Under the pieces are notes generated by a model. It was not told the origin of the DNA. It saw only the letters and a program-made list of their open reading frames with translations, and ran no database searches. This document shows, one piece after another, positions 39,449 to 51,090 of a DNA stretch of 64,000 nt. Position numbers and translations under genes: made by a program. The first letter of the stretch is position 1; each line of letters starts with the position of its first letter. Origin of the DNA: the human T2T-CHM13v2.0 reference genome, Homo sapiens; assembly GCF_009914755.1 (NCBI RefSeq), contig NC_060942.1, one strand, 5' to 3'.

Positions 39449-39960
39449 TGGCAACCACATACATCCATTGTCATGGGACTATCCACCTGCATTATCATAG
39501 GACCACCCATCTCTGTTATCATGGGACCATCCACCTCTATTATCACGGAACCATCTACCTCAATTATCATGAAACCAACTACCTTCAATATCATAGGACC
39601 AACTGCCTCCTTCACCCTGGGACCATCTACCTTGATCATCATGAGACTACCTTCAACATCATGGGATCAACTACTTCTATCGTCTTTGGACCATCTCTCT
39701 CCATCATCATGAGACCATCTACCTCCATCATCATAGGACCCAATACCTCCACCATCATAGAACCAACTACCTCCATCATCCTGGAACCATCTACCTTCAT
39801 CATCATAAGACTAACTACCTTCATCATCATGGGACCAACTACCTCTGTCATAATGGGACCAACTGCTTTTATTATCATGGAATCCCCATCTCCACCATGA
39901 CATGGGACAATCTACCTTCATCATTATGAAACAACCAATTTACCACCATCATCATAATCA
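39449..39960. repeat. 24-bp minisatellite, ~21 diverged copies (consensus ATGGGACCAWCTACCTCCATCATC)
   Basis: Units start at 39473, 39497, 39521 ... 39853 in 24-nt steps, except a 20-nt unit at 39641. Confidence 0.93.
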
Positions 39961-40029
39961 TCAACAAGGCCCAGACACTCACCAATTCCTGCCCTCTAAG
40001 ACCTATAGCCACATCACCGCTGTCTTGAA

Positions 40030-43000
40030 TTCATAATGACTTTTTATGCCAGTTGAGGGCAGTCATGAAGGCACCTAAGACCTCCAGGTCTTTAATTATC
40101 TGAGTTGTAAGCCTCTTCACGTCGCTTCATAAATTTATTCTCTATTTTTTTTTTATATTTCTCTCCAACCTCTAAAATTTCTGTATGCTCTGAAATTTGG
40201 GGACCATTTTCAGCAACACCCCTATATCCTAATTCCACTCCCTGAATGCCTCCTTAACCTACATGTGCTCTAATGATGCTGCTTCCCCTGAAGCCTTCTC
40301 AGGGTGGCTGATTTTCTTCTGAATCATCTTATGTCTCTCTGGGCAAGGAGGTGAGTTAGGGGATTCCTAGCTTCTCATGACAACTTTCAGAATATTCATT
40401 CTCCTTAGTTTAAAATAATGATAATATTATTATGTCACCAACTAGTTACATTGCTGTTGTCAACTGTTAATGCTTGGGTCATATTTCTATATTTATGGAC
40501 ATTTTACCTCCAGGCTAATATAATTTTATCAAAAATTACCTCTGCCTTAAGTCTTGGTGATTTCAATCTATGTGTAGATGGGATTTCCTGTACTCTGACC
40601 CTCTCACTCATTGTACTCCTCTCCTCTGTAAATCTTGCCTTTCTCCTCGCACTTCTAGGACTGTGTTGAAAAAATTTGCTGTTATCTATAATATAAACTG
40701 CAAAGCATCTCTAAATGCTTGCCAACCACCTATATTTTCAGCTAACTTCTGATTGTATCTTGCTCCTAACAATCCTTTTACCTAACAAAACATGTAAGTA
40801 ATTAATTATCCCATTCTTTCATTGTTTCTTATCCCCTTGACGGTGAGAAATCTAGCTTAAATTTCAGGTCAACTTTTATACTCCTTTCCTTGCCCCCATC
40901 TTTCTTGACATGGGCAGAAATCTAAGTCTATTCAGACCACACCTGTATCACAGCCATTGAAGGTGGCTGGAGGAAGACACAGAATCAGTCTGATTTATCT
41001 CACCTTAAAAAAAAAATCATGATTATGGACCTACATGGTCTTATAATGCTATCTGAAAGTTACACTAAAGGTTTCAAGTTTATTCATTCTCCTTCTTCCT
41101 TGCTGTTTAAATAACATCACCTCTTCTTGAATCTCAACATCTTCCCACCCACTTCATTCAGCTGAAAATGCTGCATTGTTCTTAACTGAGAAAATCAAAG
41201 CAGTTAAAAGAGAAACTCCGTAGCTTCCATTCCATACCATTGCACCTACCTACCAACACCTGACTCCATATTTTGTACACACCTCCAACAGTTGTTGAGA
41301 TATGTCTGTTATTTTCTAAAGACCATTCTTCTACTGCTTACTAAATTTGAATCTTTTCTCAGATACATAGCTCTGAGCAATTCTCAGTTCTCTCTTTTAC
41401 GGCATCAAATATTGCCTCTCTATTGGATTGTCTCCATTAATATAAATGATCAACTTTATTTTCTCCTTTATAAAGAAACAAAAACCCTAAAACCTTTTCT
41501 TTATCCCACTTCCTTGCTATCTACCACTCCATTCCCTGTTCCCCTTGCTGCAAATATTTTTGAAAAAGTTTTTAATATTATATGTTTCTAATTACCCCCT
41601 CCAGTCCCTTAAACCCATCTCTCCATGAAAAAAAAAATCCTGCTTTTAACAAGATCATCAATGATCTTAATGTTGCTAAAACCAATGGCCAGTTCTCAGT
41701 CTTTATTTATTTGGCCTAAAGACAGAAATTGGCACAGTTGACCACTTCTTCTCCTTCAAGAAACTCTCTTCACTGGGCTTCCAGGACACAACATTTCTTG
41801 GTTTTATTTCTACTTCACTTGAGTCACTCTCCCTCAGTTTATTTAATGGGTTCTTCTTTTATACTTGACTTCCTAATATTGCAGTGCCCCACTGTTTAGT
41901 CTTATGTCCTTTATCTTCTATGTATTATTCTATGTCTCATCCAGTTCCATGACTTTATGAATCATCTCTGTGCTGATGTCTCTCAAAATTGTACATCCTG
42001 CCTAAGTGTCTAAGCCTCTGCAAACTCATATATCCAACCCACTGCTTGACATTTCCAAAGAGATATCTCAAATTCCACACAACCCCAACTGATGCCTGAT
42101 CTTCCTTGAATTTTTCACCACAGGCTTCTACAATTCAGATGAGGAAATCAAAATAATTAAATAATTAAAATTGTTCACCTAAAACATTACAGACACCCTT
42201 AATTCTTTTTTCTTTTATGATACCCCCAACCAATCAAAGTAAAACATAAAAAATATTCAGAACAATCTTCAAAATACATACAAAAACTGAAGCACTCCTC
42301 ACCATCTGATCTGCACCTCTCTGACATGAGTCACCATCCTAAATAGCCCAGGTTACAACATCACCTTCTCACTACTACTCTGCTTGCTATTTCTCACAGA
42401 GAACCAAGTGAGCTTCCTGTATTAGTACGTTCTCAAGCTGCTAATAAACACACACCGAGACTCGGTAATTTATAAATAAAACAGGTTTAAGTGACTCACA
42501 GTTCACCATGACTGAGGAGGCCTCAGGAAACTTACAATCATGGTGGAAGGGGAAGCAATCACGTCCTTCTTCACATAATGACAACAGGAAGTGCCGAGTA
42601 AAAGGGGGAAAAGCCTCTTATAAAACCTTCAGATCTCGTGAGAAGTCCCTCACTAGCTGCAAATCAGCAGCATGGGGTAACTGCCCCCATGATTCAGTTA
42701 CTTCCCACAGGGTCCCTCCTACAACGAGTGGAGATTTTGAGAACTACAATTCAAGATGACATTTGGGTGGGGACACAGCCAAACCATATCACCTTCTAAA
42801 GTGTAACTCAGATTAGGTCACTCCTCTGCTCCAAAGTCTTCTGTGCCTCCCCTTTAATTCACAGTAGAACCAAGGTCCTCACTATGGCCCATGAAGCCCA
42901 ACAGGATCCGGCCTCTCAAACACCTCTCACCTCACCTCCTCCTTCTCATGATCACTGGCTCACATTGACCTCACCTTCACCAGTATTCTGGTCATTCCTC

Positions 43001-43420
43001 AATCACAGACTGTTCTCCTTTTCAGATGGGCTGTACTGGCTTACTTCTCTGCCTGGAACAACCTCTCCCTAGATATCCTCCCCTTCCTTTTTATTTATTT
43101 ATTTATTTTTTGGTCAAATGATACTTTCTGCATGAGCTCATTCTAAGCATCCTAGATACTACAATGACCTCCTCCTTCTCTCCTTTGGTGTTCCTGATCC
43201 TCCTTACCCCACTCTGCTTGTTCTTTATTCCATAGTACATATCACAGGCCAGCAAACTGTAAAATATATTTGTTTTAGGCATATTTTAATTGATCGGTTT
43301 CTCAATGCTAGAATATTACTTCTAAAAGCAAGAATCTTTACTCATTTTATTTACCAATACACCCTAAGATCTGAAAAGTGCTGTTCTCATTATAGTGCTC
43401 AGTAAATATTTTGAACTAAT
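40030..43420 (+). mobile_element. Near-full-length L2a (endonuclease, RT and 3' end), interrupted by THE1
   Basis: APE motifs: GCTGCTTCCCCTGAAGCCTTCTC..GGAGGTGAG, and LGDFN in ORF 40418; RT CAAGATCATCAATGATC..CACAGTTGACCAC; tail GTGCTCAGTAAATATTTTGAA. Confidence 0.85.
42418..42791 (-). mobile_element. THE1C-like solo LTR
   Basis: TGTATTAGT..GCTGCTAATAAA..GGAGGCCTCAGGAAACTTACAATCATGG..TTTGGGTGGGGACACAGCCAAACCATATCA. Confidence 0.93.
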
Positions 43421-45384
43421 ATATCACATTTCATAGGTTGAGACAAAATTTAACCTTTTGAATTGACGCAAAGAGGAAAATGCCACTCCTAGTATGTTTC
43501 ACTCTGAACAACTGGAAGTATTCCCAGGTGTAGATTATTTTTCTTATCACAGAAAAGATATCTAACTAATTCACACAGATATTATGTTCCCTGCTAGAAA
43601 GCATCATATATCTTACATGTCCAAAACAGACCATGTTTTCAAATTACCAAGAATTAATTTACACTTCTATAAAGAATAAGCACTCTCAGATCATATAACA
43701 CTGCATTGTTACATAACGTCATCCCTCGTGTTTTATAGAACTTGATTTCTTAAACTTGTCATGAATTGTTCAAAATTCTCACCAGCTTTAGCAAACTGTT
43801 GAATAATGCTTTTCTGCATATGGCTTTACCTAAGATCCTCAATACAATTTTATTTCATGACATTAAGGAAGGTAACAGACAATGTGTCAGAATTTTGCAT
43901 TTTTATTAGCTGTGCTTGGGGGAAAAAGCCACATAATCAGACCAGAAACTCCTCTCCAAAACTATTGTCTTATATTGCAAAGGAAAAATCTCAAGAAGAC
44001 TGAGATATTTTAGAAGCCTAATTCATATGAGAATACATTTATAATTTTAAGGAAATGATTTACATGTCCCTAGATTGTAAATTCTTGGAAGTTGTATCCA
44101 TATTTAGACTCCCCTTTTCCTGCCACTTTTTTTTTTTTAACAGCAGTGGTGTGTGCCCAGTAGGCATCAGGAAAAGGGTTGATGATTATAATGTTATAAA
44201 GTAAAATTACATTGTCTTCAAGGCATTATCCACAGTAACGGTACATTCTATTCTTATTAGTGCATTATATCTTGATAAAGAATTTGTCTCAATAAGCCTG
44301 TAGCACTAACTTACTTGAATTGATTATATGTATTACAGTTTAAATGGTTTTCATCTGACCTATTTTAAATTCATTGCTTTATAATTTCTTTATGAGACAG
44401 GATAAGTAGGAGTAGGCAAGAGGATTCTTTTCTATTATACTTTAATTTTTATACATCAAAGCACATTTTCCACATGTCAAAGTCAGTTAGGTCGATTTTC
44501 CACAGTTGAGAAAATTATTTAAAAAATTAAAATGTGGTTAATTAGATTTATTTACTGAATTTTGTGAATTCTTACATTCTTTTTCACAGGAATAGTACTT
44601 ACTAACCAGGACTCAATTTAAAGGAGAAAAGTTAATGGTGCTTTTAAAAGCAATGTCTTTTATAATTGCCTTTATAGTAGTTTAAAATGATTTGCTTCAT
44701 TATATGTACTGGTTGTCTTCTCTTTATCTAAAGTAAACATCATGAATCTTTCTGATTTCACTTATAAATCTACATCATATCCTTTACTTTTTGTCATTCT
44801 GTTCTTAGGTTGTTTGTTAAGACATATGTGGGTTAATCGTAATTATTACGTAAACAGTATGCACTTTCCATAATGAGCCCCAAAGAGGCCACCTAAGTTT
44901 CCTTCTCCATTTTCTGTAAGGACTGATGGATTTGTAAATAAACTATTTAAAAATCATATAAAATAAAAAGTTTTTAACCTAGCTTTCTTTTTATTTGTTT
45001 TGTGTTTTTAGAACAACTTACTATTCAGTGCTTTGGTCGTGGAGTATATGTACAGAGGTCATGCAGTAGGAGATTAATAGCTGAAGCAGAAGCGATTGTC
45101 GTGTTTCAGGCTCAGGGTGAATCGCGTTTTACTTGTCAGTAAATAGGCCTAAAGTAAATTTTAAAAAATGTTCCTTGTCTGTTTTCTGTTCTCAGTTTCT
45201 CATTTTGTTACTTACTTCTTGAGAGGCGATATTCTTTATATTTTATGAATTCAAGTTATTTTCCAATAGTGTTAGTTGATCAAAAGCCTGCTTCTTAACA
45301 ATATTTCTCTGCCAGCTAATGACTGTGAGGATTCATATCATACACCTTGACACATCCAGTCTCCAGCTGTAAACGCCTATCTTT

Positions 45385-45890
45385 ATACACACAGCTAGTG
45401 ATTGTATCTGTCAAGATACAGCATATATACACCAGCTATGTTTATGTCCATATATAATCACTATATCTGTATATTGAAAGATGTATTGTATCTGTCAAGA
45501 TAGTATATAGATGCAAGATACAAGATAGTATATATATTTCTATATTATGCATGTATATACACACTAGCTATGTGTGTTTATGTACATATATACACACAAT
45601 CACTAGCTATATATACACATAACTAGTGTGTATTATAAATATATAGTATCTTCACAGGTACAATCACTGTATGTGTGTATAACACAAATATGTGTATATA
45701 TATGTGTATGTGTGTATATACTAGCTATATACACACTAGCTATGTATACACATAACTAGTATATATACACACACACATATATGTTTATATATATACATGC
45801 ACACATAGCTAATGATTGTCTGTGAAGATACTATATCTATTATGTATATAATATGTATATACATATCATATAGATATCTATTATGTATAA
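45385..45890. repeat. TA/CA-rich low-complexity block with direct and inverted copies of a GATTGTATCTGTCAAGATA motif
   Basis: Copies at ~45397 (+), ~45484 (+), ~45646 (-), ~45813 (+). Confidence 0.8.
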
Positions 45891-45894
45891 AATG

Positions 45895-47760
45895 TTCAGA
45901 TATGATTGTCAAAGTAAAAACAACACAAATAATCTTCAGACAAAATAGAGTTGTATATGTTTAATAGTGGTCATATCAATATACAAAGTAATTGCATTTC
46001 TACCCAATAGTATTGAGCAGGTAGAAAATGTTATCCAGTTTTATCAAGGAATAAAATAAAAAACATATATTTAAGGAACTAAGGACTTAATCCAAGAAAA
46101 GGTGGATATGGCCTTTACGAGCTTCATTATAAGTCTTTATTAAAACAAATTAAATATAATAATCATGGTTAGATAATTAAATCATGTACATATGTCAGTT
46201 CACCACAAATGAACTATAGAGTCAACAAAATCCCATTCATAGTCCAATAGGTCTTTTTTTTTACCAGAGAAGTTTATGAGATTTTCTTCTAAAATTTATT
46301 TGTGAAAACAAAAGTCTAAGAATAGTTATGAAAATTCTGAAAAAGAAAAAATCCTAGTCAGTTGGAATTTAGCCTCCTAAGTATCAGACTTTTAGTACAC
46401 CAATATTAAGTCTTCAGAATAATTAAATTGTGTGTGTGTGTTTGTGTGTAGTCAAATATATCAATAGCACAGAACAGAGCACCCAGACATATATGGGAAG
46501 GTAATGTAGAATGTAGGATGCAGTACAGAGTAGTGGGTGAGAAGATGGACTATTTAATAAATGGTAGTGGCATAATTGCATAATCACAAATTACAAAGAA
46601 GTAGATAAATTGGATCTCTGCTTTATATCATGCCCAAAAATAAATTACAGAAAGATTAAAGACATCAATATATAAGGAAAAACTAAATAATTTTAGAAAT
46701 ATATATGTATAACCTCGGAATATGGAGGAATCCTTTTTAAAATACATAAAAATGCAACCCATAAGGAAAAGATGTATAAATTAGACTACTTGGAAATTTA
46801 AAACCTTGGTTCATCACAAGACATGATAGGTAAAATGGAAAAACAATTACAAACAGAGAGAAAATCCTTGTAATATTGCAGATAAAGTATCAATATTCAG
46901 ACAGATAACTAAAAAAGAATGACAAATGACTCATTTGAGTAAAGGGGAAAAACATGAATAGGTATTTCACAAGAAAAAATACGTAAGTGGCAGATAAAAA
47001 TATGAAATGTTAATATTATTAGCAATCAGGAAAATGTATATCAAACATATAAAATATGATTTTAAAATCACTAGACTTTCAAAACTTAATTTCAGGCATT
47101 ACCATATATTCCTAAGAATATGGAAAAACAGAAGTCATCACAGCCTGCTCTAGTGAATATAAATGATATAAATATTTAAACATTTGTATTTTGAAACAAA
47201 GTGGAATATCTCCGCACTCTATAAACCAATAATTTGATACATAGAAATATGCCTTACAGAAACAAGTTCATCTGCCCTTGGAGCTATGTGTGTTTAAAAA
47301 GAAAAAAGAAAAAAATGTCAGGAAATCACAATTTCATTGACAAGAGAATACATAAATGTATAATAATAGATTTATAAAGTAGAGCAGTACACAACAATGA
47401 AAATTATTTGCACCAATAAAATCACACAATGTTAAAAATGAAATATTCAGTGAAAAGACAGGTTGCAGAAAAATACATACAACCGAAAAATTTCAGTTAT
47501 ATAATCCAAATATGTATACATACATACTATATGTATAGCATTAATTACATTTATGATAAAAAATAAAATAGAAAAAGGATATATTTAGTATAACATTTAG
47601 CTTGCTGGTTGTTCTGGGAGTTTAGAGGTATCCTGTAGGATGCTCGATTGTTCCCTATCTGAAGTTACAGCACGGATCGTGAGTAAGCACTTTTAATTAC
47701 TCTTCAAATTATGAAGAGTATTATATTGGTTATATATATGTCCTATGCTCAGAAATAAAA
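45895..47760 (+). mobile_element. Old L1ME-type ORF2 3' half and 3' UTR
   Basis: GATATGATTGTC (DMIV), GATGGACTATTTAATAAATGGT, AAATTGGATCTC..CCAAAAATAAATT, TAGCAATCAGGAAAATG. Confidence 0.7.
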
Positions 47761-48289
47761 GGTGGGGAGAGAAGGAGAGAGAAACATTGCAATCTGAAAG
47801 AACAACTTTAGACAAGTTTTTTTGGTAATGACAACACAGCGCATGAGAATAAATGAGTATCAGGCCAGAATCTCAGAAACTAGGAAAAGATGATACAAGA
47901 TGAGAGTTGAGATGTAGGCAGGGAACAGAAAATGTGCAGCGTGGTGGCTATGCTGCACATTTTCATACGTACCAGTCTCCATGAAAAGGAGGCAGAAATT
48001 CTTAGAGAAATGTCTGATCAAAAGTTCAGGAAAGGAATAGTAGAAAATGAGATATCTAGTTATACCAGAAATCACAGAAGTGCTCACAATAAAGGACACA
48101 TTATAAAAGAGAAGACCTCTGATCTAGATGAGAAGAATAGCTTGTGTCAAACCCAAGGTCCTAATAAGATCAAGAAGAAAGCCAAGTAAAAGACATACAA
48201 AAAAAAACGTATCTGTGTAAATGCATCAGAGAGCTGTTGAAGCAAAGAAGATAAGAACAACTGAAAACATAGATATGAAACACTCTTCT

Positions 48290-49270
48290 TAAGATTCCAT
48301 GGAGAGATCTGGCCAATACCACCTTAGCAAATTGATCAAACAAAACATCATTAATAGTGGGACATCAGATGGTATAGCCCCCAATAGGATGCAATAGATT
48401 ATACACAAAATCACCTCTAAAATCCCCAACACTTTAACAGAAATGCAATCAAGCTTCCAGACATTTTTCCTGTTTGTAGGAAATGCAGCAATAGAGAATT
48501 GAATAAAACAACATGTGGAATCAAACAGACAAATTGAGAGTAAAAAATAGTCTATGAGGAAACTCACTCTTCATGGGTCTTCAAAAACCCAATGTCATGA
48601 ACAAGGGCCTCTTAGCAGACATAACAACCCATTGCAAAGTTTGAACTGGATTGAATGGTGCTCTGGATTTAAAAAATGTAAAGAATAACATAGACTCTTG
48701 TAACAGTTGGGTAAATATGTACGTGTACTATATGACATTAAAATTATTTAATGTTTTTTAAGATTGGTCAATGCATTGGTATTGATTGTTTTGCTTTATG
48801 TAATAAAACATCTAAGACCATAAATAGTGCTGCACAAAAATAGTGATTAAATAGGAAAAAAGGGAAGACCTTTTTTTTTTAAGAAAACTGCTATCTAATA
48901 AACATAGAAGGGTTGGTAAAAAGGGACCCTGCATTTTGCAGCTCTGTGTATAATATTAACTATTGCTTCAGGCAAATACATTGTTAAAGGATGATAATTG
49001 TCCTCATTATTCCCAAGGTGAATGCCATTGTATTTGGATGTAAAGCAGGTGTAATTTCAAATTATATACCAGGTGTGTATGTGCGTGTGTGTTTGTGTGT
49101 TTGTGTGTGTGTGTGTATGAAAGAGAGAGAGAGAGAGAAGGAGAAAGTGGAAGGTGAGAAATGTGGTGGGAGACAGAGAAAAAGAGGAGAGAGAGGACAA
49201 ATATGGCCAGTCTTTGCCAAATTTATCTAGCTGGTATTTTTCTTTCAACATTTCTTTACATTTGAAATTT
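48290..49270 (+). mobile_element. L1MC4/5-like 3' UTR
   Basis: TGGAGAGATCTGGC..CACCTTAGCAAATTGATCAAA..AACATCA..TGGGACA; CTTCAAAAACCCAATGTCATGA; AACATTTCTTTACATTTGAAATTT. Confidence 0.6.
49073..49138. repeat. (GT)n(GA)n microsatellite
   Basis: Direct reading. Confidence 0.9.
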
Positions 49271-49318
49271 CTCTCTGGGAAATTGAGATTGTGGGAGCTT
49301 ATGATACTTGTCAAAATT

Positions 49319-49321
<3 letters not shown>

Positions 49322-49357
<36 letters not shown>
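49322..49357. repeat. (AC)18 microsatellite
   Basis: 36-nt perfect alternating run. Confidence 0.95.
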
Positions 49358-49359
<2 letters not shown>

Positions 49360-50433
49360 ATCAATGTTGAAAAAAATGTTCCAACTAGGATGACTAGGAT
49401 TTAGGGATGATGATATGTATTAATCAACATTCAGCATAGCATCTCAGGACCAGGGGAAAATGGGCAAATTAGGTAGATAGAAGACAGAGATAGATAGATG
49501 ATAGATTCATAGACAGATAGACAGATATAGCGATATGTTATTTTAAATATGTAAACCCACAGCCTATCAAAAAATTAAAGAAGAAATTTTCTAAATACTT
49601 AAGCATTTTGTATCTAATGCCAAGTCTTTTGATTTTAACAATTATGCCAATAGAGCATGCGTAATGTGAACTTAAGATGTTAATAAAATATGGATTGATT
49701 TACTACTCTTAACGAAATTAAAATATCTCATAATAGTTTAACCTATGAGAAAAGTATTTCACAATGAATATCCTTCCACAAAAATATTAACTTCAGCCCT
49801 AAACTAAGAAATTATAGGTTGTGAGGGACAAGGTATTTTTTTTTTAATTTGTAGAGCTAATAAATGTCTTGGTAGTTTTTCCCAGAGAAGTATGTTGGTT
49901 TAGGTAGCTGATTTTTACAATTTCAGAAAAGTGTAGGATCACTGAATATCTTGGGGTACATTAATAAAATGTGGTGACAACAGCTTTTAATGCTGGAATC
50001 ACTCTCACAGCAGGTCTGACTGCCACACAATGAGTAATCAAGAGATGCCAAGAAAATGGTGTTGAAGTGAGCTGAAAGAAGTGTGGCTTTCTGGTCCTTT
50101 TGGCACCCACAGGAGACGATGAACTGGGCATTCAGTGGTGGTTTAAAATGCAGCAGGCAAGTCCAGCAAATGTAAATGGTATTTTAGAAAGACCTTAAGT
50201 AAGTTGTGATTTTTTTTAGAGATGTAAATCAGTTCACATACATTCAAAACCTAACCCCAGCACTGTGTGCATATGTAGAGCACAATTATGCACTTTCTCA
50301 CACTCCTGAATCTAATTGCCCTCTTTCCTGCTCTCTTTCATGTCCTATGTAAGATAACCTCTGGAAACATTTTAACTTCCTTGGGTACTTCTTATTTATC
50401 TTATCTTGAAAAATAATGCAATAAAATATTTGA

Positions 50434-50784
<351 letters not shown>

Positions 50785-51090
50785 TCAAAAGTGAATGTTG
50801 CAATTTCTATTATTTTATCAAAAAATTCAAGAAGATATTAAATTTTCTTTAATTTCATGACAAAATTTTTAAAGGATAGTAGATGTCTAATTATTCCAAT
50901 TCATAGCAAAAGTCCTTATTTTAAATGGCATTTAAAATAATCATATTTAAAATAGTGCCTGAACAGCAACATAATGTAATATAACTAATTGTGTACTATT
51001 TTTCAGGAACATGATATTCTTGATTCAGCCAAGATATTAAATTCTTATTTGACTTGGCCAAAATTTTAAATCAGTTTGTTGCTGTTTCCT

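Noticed and set aside
39449-39960. CRISPR-like array interpretation of the periodic repeat
   Set aside because: Contiguous tandem units with no unique spacers, no cas genes, and a primate context.
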